Below the pieces are notes generated by a model. That model was not told the DNA's origin and ran no database searches. It was given only the letters and a program-made list of their open reading frames with translations. DNA of 64,000 nucleotides from Lama guanicoe. Taxonomy: Eukaryota. The translations under genes and the position numbers were made by a program. The DNA lies in contig MU053504.1 in assembly GCA_013239625.1 (NCBI GenBank), positions 1,180,001 to 1,244,000 on the forward strand, in the 5' to 3' direction. This document shows positions 1 through 12,693 of the stretch, one piece after another (the first letter of the stretch is position 1; every line of letters begins with the position of its first letter).

Positions 1-1668
1 GCCACTTTCTGTCTGGAGTGAAATCATTAACTCATTATTAAAAGGACAGTTTGGGTTTGGACAGAAATCCTTTGCTCTGTGTCTTTGTGTGTTGCCAATA
101 TTAAAAGCTTTTGGAACCTGGTCCAGATTTGCCTAAAGTAACACAATGTAAACATCAACTGAGGTTAAGCAACTTCAAGTGCTTAGTGATAACAATGGTA
201 GCAACTGATGGTTTGCTGCACAGTTGTTTGTGCCAGGTGCGATTCTGAGTGCTCGCGTGTACTCTTCAGAAACGATGCAGTAGGCGCTGTTATGATCACC
301 CCATTTGACAGTTGAGGAAACTGAGGCACAGAGTCATTCACCAGAAGGCAGATGACTAGAAATGATGGAGCTGGGATTTGAACCCAGGTGGCTTTGTAAC
401 CTATGAAGCACCAGACAGATGCCAGAGTATTGTCATTATCTCTGACTGATGTTTGAGAAATCTAACAACTTACCGTGAGATTTTCTGGGGAAGGGAGCGC
501 GGGGTGGCAGAATGGCTGGACGCCAACGGGGGAAAGAAGCTGGGTTCTTAGGCTCACACTTAAGCAGCAGGTGACACTTCTCTAGAAGGCTAGACCCTGG
601 CACAGGGACTCAGGGAAGAGAAATGACTTGCCCAAAGTCACATTGAATTAGCATCCAAGCTGGGGGTGGACACAGGTCTCTGTCCACAGGTCTTTCCCGA
701 ATCAAAGAACATTGGGACTGGAAGTGATCTTAGAGGGGACCTGCTCTTTTCGTAACTGAGAAAACAGAAGCCCAGAGAGAAGTAAGGGTAAGCAGTTGGA
801 GGCATTTGGGCACTCTAAATAGTATGTAACTTTACATCAGTTCCTTAACTTTTCGTTACCTCAGTTTTCCGTCTGTAAAATGAAGGGCTAGGTCAGGGGA
901 CCTCAGCAATTTCTTCCAGATCTTTCTTTTAATGACATTACAGCATCCATTGGTGTACATTTTCTTCCAAGCCATTCTGGTCATGCTTATATTTTGACTT
1001 AAAAGGCACAAGTCTCCTGAATTTTCACTTCAGAGTCGGACACTCTGGGGAAAGCCTCTTTAATATGATTCTCTTCACCAGAAAGGAGGTCTCTGAGACC
1101 TGCAAGCAAATGATTTGGAACAGTTTGGCCAAGGTTATCTTTATCTTGACATTTCTGGCTTGTTTTCTTGTTTCATTTAACTTGATTCCCCAATTCATAG
1201 AGTCACATACCTGACTCTACCTGTAGCTTTTAGAGAGCTCCAAGGTGGAAGGCAGACGGTGATTGCTCAGCCCTGGCGTCAGAGAGGTGGAGTCAGTCAG
1301 TTCTGAAGAACTGTCGGCACCCACACCTGCTCCTACTGTGATGTCTCTGAGGCCACCAGCCTCCGCTAATACTTAGCCAGTCCCCAGCATACCTAGAGCA
1401 CCTCTCTCAGACCCACAGCAAGGAAACCAAGGCTGCCAGGGTGGCTCAGGCCCCAAAACAATTCAATTCAGTGAGCATGATGTTATGTACTGTGTGCCAG
1501 ACCCTGCGCTGGGCACTGGGGACCCAGAGCAGTGAGCTGCAGGGGTTCCCAGCCACACGAGAAGCTGGGTGACTATGGGGCAGAAGAAGTCAAACAACTG
1601 AGTCACGTGCAAGATTTAGGGATCACACAGAGGTAAGGTTGGCACTCTCTAAGCATGTTAGAAAAATA

Positions 1669-1880
1669 TTTTTTTTAATTGAAGTATAGTCAGTTACAAT
1701 GTGTTGATTTCTGGTGTAGAGCATAATGTCCCAGTCATGAATATATATACATATATTCGTTTTCATATTCTTTTTCATTAAAGGTTATTACAAGAGATTG
1801 AATATAGTTCCCTGTGCTTTACAAAAGAAATTTGGTTTTTTTTATTTTTATATACAGTGGTTAACCTTTGCAAATCTCAA
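1669..1880 (-). mobile_element. 5'-truncated L1 3' end (artiodactyl type)
   Basis: Poly-T then aattgaagtatagtcagttacaatgtg...aatatagttccctgtgct; similar to the copies at ~2.7, ~44.8 and ~58.8 kb. Confidence 0.75.
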
Positions 1881-2712
1881 AATTTCAAGATTTTTTGAAG
1901 GAGGTACTATCTGAACTGCATTTGGTGGGACAAATAGGCTTTTACCAGTAGAGAGGGTAAAGATTTAGGGTCTTTTTTAAGAAAGGGTGTCCTGACCCTG
2001 TGAATTCAAAGGTAAGCGTAACTCATTTGCTATCTCTAGGGGCAGTGGTCTGGTGCAGAAAGGTTGCATTAGAATTGATTTGGCTAGAGGGACATAGGAG
2101 GGTCAGGAATCTGCATCTTTTAATAAATGTCTCAGTCTGTCCTTTTCCTGAGCTCCTGCTCCTGAAACCCTCAAGACAGGAGAAGAGCCCAAGGTTGGGA
2201 AGTGGGAGAGTCTGGCACCCAACCAGAAACAAACCAGAATGCCCACAATAGTGCCCTGGGGCAACTGAAAGGCACACACACGCCAAGTAAGTGTGAGTAA
2301 AGTGCTGGCTCCCTAAAGAGGGAGGAACTAGGACATCCTTGTTACCTGCTTTGTCATAAATTTCTGCCTTGAAAATAAGTATTATAAGTATTACCAATTT
2401 TTTTTTAACTAACCCAACCTTCTCCTAGGGGCCTCTGCCAGGAACAGAATAAACATGAAACTTGGTGTTCCCTCTGCTTTCTTATCCTCTCTTGCCCCTT
2501 TCACCCTTCTAAGACCATCTTCCCACCCTCCTCCTGCTTTCTTCTGGGTGAATTCTAACCGATCTGAAGGGCCCATTCAAAACAACATTTTGTGGGGCGG
2601 CCTGGAGATCATTTTTATGTTGACTTTTTTTTCACAATTATAGGAAATCTTAGAAATATATAAAGAAGTAAAGATCATCTGTACTCCTATTGTTCACATA
2701 CTTTAAATACTT

Positions 2713-2975
2713 TTTTAATAGTTGTATATGGTTCTTTTTTATTTATTTAACATTTTTATTGAGTTATAGTCAGTTTACAATGTTGTGTCAATTTCCAGTG
2801 TAGAGCACAATTTTTCAGTTATGCATAAACATACGTATATTCATTGTCGCATTCTTTCTCGCTGTGAGCTACGACAAGGTCTTGTATACATTGGGAGTTC
2901 GAAATTTGTAGATACTGACAGGCATATGCAGAATAGATAAGCAAGATTATACTGTATAGCACAGGGAAATACGTA
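2713..2975 (-). mobile_element. Short L1 3' end with 5' inversion and TSD
   Basis: Minus-strand 3' part ~2713-2890, plus-strand inverted part ~2891-2975; TSD cacatactttaaatactt / cgcatactttaaatcctt. Confidence 0.8.
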
Positions 2976-4019
2976 CGCATACTTTAAATCCTTGACAGCT
3001 TTCTAACCAGTCTTTTCTCTGTTAGTTGTTGTTTTTATAGAATGGGGGTCACACATTTTATAAGGCATCTGTACAAGACAGCATGACAGACACATTCAGC
3101 TTTTTCCCACACCTGGAAACCAACCACTTCATAGTATTAAATCATGTGTTTTTGACTAAACATGATGCTATGAACATTTTCTCTATGTCATTAAATGATT
3201 TTCAAAAATAAGATTTTAAATGTATCGTTCCATTGACCGGTTAAGCCATGATCCCTTTCCCAGCTGTAAATGATTCCCTATTTCCTACTTCACTATCTAC
3301 TCCCTTTTATTCCCTACCATAAATAACACAGTAATGCGCATTCATACGTAGATCTTGAGCACGTCTGAGATTAGCCCCATAAGAAAGATTCCTAGAAACT
3401 GTATATCCTGGTTTAAAAGGAATGAACATTTTAAAAGCTTATGACATCTATCGCTGTTGCCTTCCAGAAATATTGTCATGACCTGTGTTTCATTACAGCA
3501 GTGAATAAGAGAATTCTTTCTTCCCACTCATATCATTGGCTGGTATTATTTTTAATTATCTGTTTGTTCACCTCTTATGAACTTATCCCTTTCTCTCTTG
3601 TTTTGGAGCTGACTTTTTTGATCTTTCCTTGTTCCCTGAAGGATGTAGCGGGGCCACAGTGCACCTGATAACTACTTAAGGAGCACCTCTAACTTCTTCT
3701 GACGTAGAACTCCCAATCTGGTCCCGACAGGAAGACTTGCAAGTTTCATTTTACAATATGCAAAATGAAAACAACTCTTTCCTGATTTTAAAACAAAGAA
3801 AAATAAACTAGGAAGAAGAATCATAGTAACATAACTACCCAAAGAAAAACACTAATAACATTTTGAGATAGATCCTTCCAGACATTTCATTCTGTTTATA
3901 CTCACACACATTAGATGTATGTACATTCAGTGTTAATTACCCAAATGGGACCAATTTAAACAGTCTATTTTATAATTTTTTTTATATTTTGCTGGGTCAA
4001 TAAATTAAAATTTAGAGAG

Positions 4020-4220
4020 ACAGCATAGTTTGGTAGTTCAAAGCTACTGCAGCTCTTCTGCCTGGGTTAAAATCCCACTCTATTTACTCTCTTTGAGACC
4101 TTGGACAAGTCGCTTAACATCTCTGTGCTTCAGTTTCCAAAATTGTCAAATGGGGCTAATAATGATTCCTATCTTATAAGAGCATTGTGAAGATTAAATG
4201 AGTTAATATAGAAGATAGAG
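4020..4220 (+). mobile_element. MIR SINE (representative; others near 200-400, 6590-6810, 10325-10490, 28335-28560, 45630-45850, 48630-48770, 53975-54110, 56955-57160, 59660-59830)
   Basis: MIR core gaccttggacaagtcgcttaacatctctgtgcttcagtttcc...gtgaagattaaatgagttaat. Confidence 0.75.
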
Positions 4221-4969
4221 CACAGTAATTTTCTGTGTTGACACAACTGTCATCTGTTTATGATTATATAAGACATATTTTGCAACATTCACTCATTTTA
4301 TGATAGAAATAGTAAGTAATTTTCATTATAGAAAATAAAAACATTATAGATATAAACAATGTAAAACTTCGTTCGTGTACACCAAAATCTGTCCGTTTGC
4401 ACAGTATAGACACCAGACCATTATTTAAACTGTGGTCATCCGAAATAGTAGAATTATGGGGGACTAACTTTCATTGTTTTTTTTAATGTATAATTTTCTA
4501 AACCCAAATGGGTACATCACATTAGTATATATATTTTGTAAGCTTATACACATACACACACACTATTTTGTAATTTGTTTTGCTTCCTTGGTGGTAATAA
4601 TTTAGAGATCTTTCCACGTATGCGCTAGATTGATTTTGTTCATTCTTTTGGACAGCTGCGTGATGTTCTGTTGCATGGCTGTGCCACAATTTATCCAACC
4701 AATTCCTTATCAATGAACTTTTCCTCCATTATTTTCGCTATTACAAACAATGCTTCAGTGAGCATCTTTGCCATGTACCTTTATGTGCCCTCAAGTGAGG
4801 TTTTTTTATAGGCAAAATTCCTAGATGTGGAACTACTGACTCAGCAGGGATTTTTAAAGCTTCTTTTGGGTCTTATTGATTTGTAAGTACTTTAGAATAT
4901 TCTTTATAGTAAATCTCTGTCTAGTATATGTGGCATATATTTTCCCTAATTTACTGATTTTTGCAGTCT

Positions 4970-5990
4970 TTTTTTCTCTCTCTTTTTCAGATTGGATAAT
5001 TCTGACTGATCTGTCTTCAAGTTTACTCTTTCCTTTGTTATCTCTGTTCTGTTAGTAAGCCATCTGTTGGATTGTTTAATGTCAGATATTGGTCTTTTTT
5101 TCTAGTTAAAATTTTTCATTTAGTTCTTTTTTCCTCTTTTCTATTTTGCTGCTAAGAGTTTCCCTCTTTTCATTTGTTACGAGCACAGTTTTCTTTATCT
5201 CATTGCGCATAGTTATAAAAGCTGCTTTAAAGTCCTTATCCAGTCATTCCAACATCTGGATTATCTAAGGGTTAGTCCCTGTTGGCTGTCTTTTACCTTG
5301 AGGGTAAGCCACATTTTTCTGGTTTTTGGGGTTTTTTTTGTTTTTTGTTGTTGTTGTTGTTGCTTTTTTTTTTTTTTTTTTTTTTTTGTTTTTTTTTTTT
5401 TTTTTTTTTTTTTTTTTGTATGTTCAGTGCTTTGAAATTGTATCCTGGACGTTGCTAAGACAAAAGGCAGAATCAAGATGTAGCCAGTCTACCTGGGGTG
5501 GACTCAGACTGCAAACTCTGTCTCACCTGTGGTGAGCAACAGCTCAAGTTTCAGTTTATTTTTCTTGTTTTTAGCTGACTTGCAGTCTGCCTCATAGGTG
5601 TCTAGTTCAGAGGTCACCCAGAAGCTTGAGCAGAGTTTAGATACAAATCCAGGTTCTCCTTCCTGATTCTTTCATTTCCAGAATTTCCTCCTCACTCTCT
5701 AGCAACCCTGTCTGACCCAGGCTCTGCTTCTTAACTCTTCAGGTCAGAAAGATGTGGGGCTGTTGGAGATTTTACTGCCCTGCACTTTGTCGCAGCTGCA
5801 GACTGTCCTTAGGGGCAAAGTCATCGAAAGGGCAGCTCACCCCATGATGGCCCCTCCCTCAAAGTTTTGACTCCCTTCCAAAATCCTCCTCTTTGTTCAC
5901 TCTCAGATAGTTGGCTTTGGTAATTTTTTCTTTTTTTTTTTTTTAACAGTTTCTTGTTACCTGCAGAAGGGACTCTCTGTTATGAGCTTA
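4970..5990 (-). mobile_element. Old L1M ORF1/5' region fragment
   Basis: T-rich antisense L1 ORF1-like sequence (ttcagattggataattctgactgatctgtcttcaagtttact...). Confidence 0.55.
5323..5418. repeat. (GTT)n/poly-T low-complexity tract
   Basis: Directly visible; produces the spurious poly-K and poly-F ORFs. Confidence 0.95.
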
Positions 5991-6917
5991 TTCCTTCATA
6001 TTGGAAACAGAGCTACTTTGTTTGTTTGATATATGCAAGTTTAATGTTTTTAACCTAGTCAAGTTTATCATTCTGAAGTTGGTTCTCTGCTTAAAACTGT
6101 CTTCTCCATCTCATGAGTATAAAAAAATTTTTTTCAAGTCAGATAGAATGTGAATTTATGTCAGACTTATATTTTCTCCTAAGTTGGGCCCAGAACTTCT
6201 AAAGCCACTGTTAATGTAGTTGCTGTGGGAGTGGAGATGAGGAGAGGAGAGGGTAGAATCAAGAACAAATAAAGGTTTGGTTAATTGGCTCTACCTGGTC
6301 TGGTGAGGGAGGGGACCAGGGACTGAGACATACAGATTGAGAGACGAGAGGATGCCACTGATGGAGAGCATTTTGGGACTGGTGTATGTCATTACTCAAT
6401 CTGAATCTCAGCCCAAGGGCTTGGAGGCTCTTAGCGAGTCCTGTCACTCTTACTGCAGCCCCATTCATTTTCATCCCACACGAAGTACAGTAGCATACCC
6501 CAAAAGGATGCATGAGAGAAAGCTGAGTGGCTTTGCTTGCTGGATCACTGACCCTAACCTATATCCATTCTGCTCCTCAGAAATGCAGTAGAACATGGTG
6601 GCCAAGGACTTGAGTTTTGGAGTGAGGTAAACCTGGATCCAAACTTTGACCCTGCCATTGTTAGCTGCTTAACTTCTCAGAGCCTGTTTCCCCTTTTATG
6701 AGACGAGTATAAAAATAGTAGCCACTTAACAGTGCTGAGGATTTAAGTGAGACGATACTCACAAGGTCCAGCACAATAGCTAAAGTGCTATTGGCGCAGA
6801 GTAAACTCTCTTGATGAGTATCAGAGTGCTACGTTGTCAGATCAGAGATGCGGTGTCTTGCCACTCCTCTGCTGTGTGGCCTTGGGCAAGCTCTTCAGTC
6901 TCTGGTTCTGTCTGCAG

Positions 6918-7021
6918 GAATTTCCACGTCTGGAATGAAGCTTGGTTTGTGCGGACTGACCTGGGACCTTCATACAATGGATGGCAGGTTCTGGACGCCA
7001 CCCCCCAGGAGAGGAGCCAAG
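6918..7021 (+). CDS. TGM3: Transglutaminase 3, exon 8 (104 nt); catalytic His and Asp
   Basis: tctgcag|GAATTTCCAC...AGCCAAG|gtaatc; encodes [34 protein letters not shown], the TGM3 catalytic-core motif; size matches the 104-nt exon 8 of the family. Confidence 0.97.
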
Positions 7022-8743
7022 GTAATCCTCTGTCAGCCCGCTGATGGCCCCCTTCTCTGGGATTGGCTCTAAGTTATGACCTCTCAGTTCTTTACAGTGC
7101 TGGATGGTGACACAGCAAAGTCACCACATCCTCTCTGTCTCTGAAGGGCACAGTGGGATTAAAACAAAAATATTTTCAAAGTGGATTTCCCCTCCTAATT
7201 TTGGTTGGTTGTTTCAGGTTGCTATTTAAATGAATGCCATCCCTGCACCCACATGGCTGCTACAGAAGCCGTGGCACGTGCCCAGCTAACCGCTGGCTCT
7301 GCTCCCCAGCCACCTCCAGTAGCCTATCCCTCCCAGCACTGAAACCTTCCGGTTCCCCATCGCCTTGGGACTTAGTCCAAACTTCCTAGCTCAGCTCAAG
7401 GCTTCAGTCATCATGGCCCCAGTGTCTCTCTCACCCTCACGTGTGTCCCCTGCCTGGCCGAGCTCTCCTTCACACAGGCTGGCCCAACCCCATCCCTGTT
7501 CCTCTGGTCGTGGTTTCTGCTCCCATCTCTGGCTTCAGGCTCCAGGAACCTCCCCTCTTCCCTCCCCTGACCTCCAGAGCATTCTCGTACCTTCATTTTC
7601 AGTTGTCTTTCAAACTTTAAAAAAAACAAAACTGTAAAAGTAATACATGCACATGGTTAAAATTTTTTTTCAAACTGTTCTAAAAGGACTTACAACGAAA
7701 ATGAAGTCTTACCCTCTCCCCCAACTGCAGCCTCTGTACCAGAAATAATGTGCATGATTAGATCTGGGGGACCTGAGTGTGAGGAGGGTAACCTTCCGGA
7801 TAGCTTCTAGGCCACTGCTCTTCAGACTTTCCACCGCAACCCACTCGTGGCTATAAAATCAAGTTAATGGGTTGTGATCATTTTCAGAAGTGAAATAGAG
7901 TAGCATGGAGAGAGGTAAGGAAAAGGAGAGGAAAAGCAGAAGTATCATCACACGTGGTGAGAACAAGGATGGTCCCGCGAAACTTTTGTTTCAGGATCAC
8001 ATATGTTACCTTCATGTACGATCTACTTATTTCTAGAGGTCATGGTGCAAAAAAAAAAAAAAGGTTGAAAGTCACCATTTCAGGTATATAAAAGTGTGTG
8101 TGTTGTTTATTTGTTCTATAAACATGAATGGAATATTCTTCTTTCTATTCTGCTGCACCCCGCTTTTTTCACGTGGGCCCTCCATGAATGAAACAGTGTC
8201 CATATATCTGCATGTACATCTATACTCACCTTTGTATCTATCTGTCCATCCATCTATCTACCTACCTACCTATCCGTCAGAGCTGCCTATCTGAGTGCTA
8301 GAGAAGGAAGGAGATGGTCGGGGCTGGGGAGCCCTAGGAAGCAGGAGGTCCCTGTGGGCCGGGTATTCAGAGAAGTCTTCCAGGAGTAGGGGAGGAATGA
8401 TTTGCAGAGTAGAAGAAAGGCAGCCCTGAGCACAAGGCAGCAAGACTTTCCTGTTTAAGAAACAGACCGAGGGCAGGGGTCAGCACAACTTATGCGCCCA
8501 CAGAATGCAGGACTGGGCCGTTTTCTGTAGAGATGGAGTCTGATCAGGATGCTACTGCGAAAAATAGCAACAGCCCGGGGTGGTCTGTGCTGAGTGCCAA
8601 GTGAGGGGGCAGACCGTCGGAGTTGAAGGAGTTTGGTGGGAGAGAGGCAGGGGAGCTGGGTGGCTGTGAAAGGCCCCCAGGGGAGCAGGCCCTGGGGTGG
8701 GCTGTTTTTGGCCTGCATCCAATCTCTGCACCCTGGCCCCCAG

Positions 8744-8989
8744 GGGTGTTCCAGTGTGGTCCAGCTTCGGTTATTGCTCTCCGAGAGGGTAACGTGGACT
8801 GGGACTTCGACATGCCCTTCATCTTTGCGGAGGTCAACGCCGACCGCATCACTTGGATCTACAATGCCTCGAACGGCACCATGAAGAAGAATTCCTCGGA
8901 CTCTCACACCGTTGGCAGGTACATCAGCACCAAGGCAGTGGGCAGCAACTCTCGCATGGATGTCACCGAAAAGTACAAGTATCCAGAAG
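8744..8989 (+). CDS. TGM3: Transglutaminase 3, exon 9 (246 nt)
   Basis: ccccag|GGGTGTTC...CCAGAAG|gtaggc; GVFQCGPASVIALREGNVDWDFDMPFIFAEVNADRITW...STKAVGSNSRMDVTEKYKYPE; in frame with exon 8. Confidence 0.97.
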
Positions 8990-11954
8990 GTAGGCAGGTC
9001 GCTGATGGGCTTGGTGGCGGGAAGACAGGGTGGAGAAGGGGAAATTGCTCATACTCCTCTCGCGTTCTCAGCCAGTTCTGCCTGAATGGTAGGACTGCTC
9101 CCTGGCATCTGATGCCCAGCTCCCCAGACTGCCTCCAGTGGGGACAGAGCCGTCATGGGCAGACGTGATGCCAGCAGAAGTTTGCCACAGGGCACAGGCA
9201 ACTGCCTGTTCAGCTAATCTCCACCTGTGACCCTTTGCCAATTGCACAGCTGGGGTGACAGCACAGAGAGAAACATGGTCCCCACAGGAGACTCCCAAGG
9301 ACTTAAGGAGAAATTTCTCAGTCAGCCCACTCCCCCAGCCTCCAAGAAACACAGGCAGAATGATGAAAGAAATGGACAAAGACCCCAAAGACAAGGGCCT
9401 GTGCCTTGTATGCTTCAGAGGGCTCCCCAAAACCAGATGAAGTGAAGATGCTTGAGTCTCCAAAATCTTAAGCATCCACATCAGTGCTAGTCCCCCTAAC
9501 ATCACCTGGAAAGCTGGTTGCTACAAGGCCACTTTTAACACACGTGGCATTTGTTGCTCTATTTCGGATATGGCTTTCAGAGTCAGCGACTTAACTCTTT
9601 GTGGATTTTCAATAGTGACAAAAGTTCTACATTTGAAGGCCACATTCATTTTTAGAAATAGCCAAAAGCAAGTTAACGCTTGCTCTAGCAGACCCATCCC
9701 TCCTTAATAGGGTCAACATGTCACCGTTTCCAAAAATGTTTTAGAAAAAAAAATTTTTTTAATTGGACAATTTTTAAAAAATAAAAGGAAATTCTTTGCA
9801 ATAGTTACTTTAGTTGATGGTCACCACTGGTTCTGAGGGGGGGGGGTCAAGAAAAGTGCTGTGGTGAAGGTGTCCACATGCACACCCTACAGTCAGCCCC
9901 TCCGCTCGCACCGCTGCTAGCTAATGCTGTTGGCTGCCGTTTACCAAAGAGGAAAGCTGAGCCCAGGAGATGGGGTCTGGCTCCAAGTCCAGATGGGTGA
10001 CCTGCCAGCTGGTGGTATTTGTGGGCACTTTGAGGTAATCCCTCGATTTGGCCCCAGTCTACCTCTGCAGTCCATTCCCTGGTTGGGCTCAGATAGCCCT
10101 TCTCTCATTCACTAAACACGTACCGAGACCTCCCCTAGTGCCCGCCTGCATTCAGCTCCCGGGGGGCCGGGAAGCATCCTGCAGATGGGCCCCTGGCCTC
10201 ACAGAGCTCACAGGTCAGGGGGAAAAGCTGGTGTCTGACCCAGTATTCTCAACAATGTCAAGTGGTAGAAGCAAGTGTAGGGGACAAGGAATGAAGAACC
10301 CCCAGCAGGAAGCCATCTCCAGCCCTCTTACTTTAGCTGTGTGACCTCAAGCAAGATTCTTAGGGTCTCTGGTCCCTCATTTCCTCACCTGTACAATGAG
10401 AAGAGTCAGGCCTGTCTTCAGTGGGATTTAAATGAGCTAGTGTACAAAAGTGCCAAGGTCAGGGCCAGGCACGTAGTAAGGACTTAATAAACAGTGGTGA
10501 TTTTTATCAACTTGAACATCTGCAGACTCTCTGGAATGACCTTCCAAGGGGACTTCTGCAGTGTGCTGCTTAAACGGATGTGTGAGTCTGTGGGGTTCCT
10601 CACCTGGTCATCGCACCTTGATTCTGTCCCAGCCAAGCCTCCTAAGTGATGGATAGGGACCACGGCCAGGTTGGGGGGGGTCCCTGCAGGACCCCGGCCA
10701 GGCCCCAGTCCTTGCGTGCCAGCAGGGCTGTTCACCCAGCCTGTTGTTGCCCAGTTCTCTTTACCTAATGATGCCAGCTTGCGTCTGAGGGCCCCAGCGG
10801 GGAAAAGCTCATAAAATGGGTTGCTAAGCATTTGCGCAACTGCAACACCAGGGGAGAAGACAGTACCAGGAAGCTTAGTCTTGAGTAAGCAGGGCAGGTG
10901 ATCTATATAGGTATCTAGGTTCTGAGCCTCATTGTGCAAACACACCTGCTTTGCGGTGCTGGGCACAGAGGCTCAGCTCCCTGCACAGACATCAGTCCTG
11001 GGTGTGGACTTACAGCTCGGCTGGAGAATGGGAAGGCACCAAAAGGAACCCAGCCCCCCAGCAGCTACCAGCTTGGGTAATTTGGCTGCCTGCCTCCTTT
11101 TCAGTGGGGTGTGTGGGAGGAACCTTAAAAGACAGGTCTAGGCTCCTGGCGAAGGGCCCCCTTTTTGCCCCTAATCCCCAGACCAGACCAGCCGCTTAGA
11201 CCAGCTGCTTCTCTTGGAGCCTTAACTCAGACGTGATGGGCTCGGATAAGTTGGCCTCTGGGGTCCCTGCCAATTGTTCCATGTTAGGCCCCACTAAACT
11301 GTAAAGTGCTTCTCATAAGTCATCTTGTGCCTTCAGATTTCACAAGTTGGGTGGGGAAGGTGTGGGGGCAGAAGTACAGTCTGCGGATAGAAGTTGATCA
11401 TTCTTCTTGGTGGATCTCTGTCTGTGTTCCTAGAAGGTCAACGCCTTCTCTTTGATGGTGGATTTATCCTCAGGTCAAAGCAGGGAGCCTTATGTGAACC
11501 ATGGGCTCTACCCCGGCTCAGACACTTGGACTTGGTTACTCAGCTCTCAGTTCCCCAAGAGCCATGATTTTGAAGCCATGATCATGGCCATTCTCCCGGA
11601 GCTGTTTATACCATCACGTTTAGCAGCACCTGAGTCAGAATCCAAAAACCCATCTTGCGGTTCAGGCTTTGTGTCTTTGAAACCTAAACTCTCTTGATAA
11701 TTTCAACTAGTCATAACCTGGAACCATATCAACCATGGGAAGTTCTTGTCAGCTGACACGAACAAAAGTTCCCCTCGTCAACTCTCAGAGCACCTTTAGA
11801 AGTAAAGCAAAATAACATGGTAAAGTGGCTTGAAAAAATATAATGAAGTCAATTTTAAATCGTAACCTGTTTTTCACTTATGAACTCATTCTAACCTTGT
11901 TGTTGTTGTTTTCAAGTGATCAGTTCTTTAAATCTTACAAAGGACCTTTTATCA

Positions 11955-12077
11955 GAAAGAAAGAGAGAGAAAGAAGGAAGGAAAGAAGGAAGGAAGGAAG
12001 GAAGGAAGGAAGGAAGGAAGGGAGGGAGGGAGGGAGGGAGGGAGGGAGAGGGGAAGGGAAGGAAGAAAAAAGAGAAC
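11955..12077. repeat. Polypurine microsatellite (GGAA)n-(GGGA)n
   Basis: ~120 nt of pure purines in TGM3 intron 9. Confidence 0.95.
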
Positions 12078-12372
12078 TAAGCTAATTAACCTAAGCAAAA
12101 TATCGAGCCATACGGTAGTTTTATGCAGGTGGTGACACAGAGTTCCCTGCAGCTCTGTGGAGATGTAGCGCTGATAGGAATTGCTGGGCTGTAAGCCTCA
12201 TGTTAAGGAGGACAAAACAGAGACCAAGAGAGATCAGACATGTGCTTGGATCAGAATCATGCAAGCAGCAGAACCAGTGCTAGTCCCAGGTCACCTTTCC
12301 AGGCAGGGTGCTGTCCTCTGTCCAGGTTGCCACCACATCCCTGAGATGCTTCTGTCTTTTCCTGCCACATAG

Positions 12373-12693
12373 GTTCCAGCCAGGAAAGACAAGTATTTGA
12401 AAAGGCTCTGGGGAAAATGAAACCTAGTGCATCATTTGGTCCAACATCTGCTCCAATGTCTGCACGAAGCGAGAGAAGAGAGGACCGGGAGCCCAGCATC
12501 TCTGGGAAGTTCAAGGTCACTGGCATACTGGAGGTGGGCAAAGAAGTCAACCTGGCCCTGATACTCAAAAACCTAACAAGTGAGATGAAGACGGTGATGG
12601 TGTACATGACAGCCTGGACCATCGTCTACAATGGCACACTGGTGCACGAGGTGTGGAAGGATTCCATCACTATATCCCTGGATCCCGAGGAAG
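12373..12693 (+). CDS. TGM3: Transglutaminase 3, exon 10 (321 nt); activation hinge and start of beta-barrel 1
   Basis: acatag|GTTCCAGC...GAGGAAG|gtaact; GSSQERQVFEKALGKMKP...EPSISGKFKVTGILEVGKEVNL...MTAWTIVYNGTLVHEVWKDSITISLDPEE. Confidence 0.96.

Noticed and set aside
667..692. Short hairpin gtggaca...tgtccac with repeated cacaggtct
   Set aside because: A 7-bp stem is within chance expectation and lies in decayed MIR-like sequence.
5261..5535. Poly-Lys and poly-Phe ORFs
   Set aside because: Translation of a poly-T/(GTT)n tract.
6918..7021. Recent gene conversion between TGM3 and TGM6 exon 8
   Set aside because: About 84/104 identity by hand count, with many third-position differences and unrelated introns; fits old paralogy under purifying selection.
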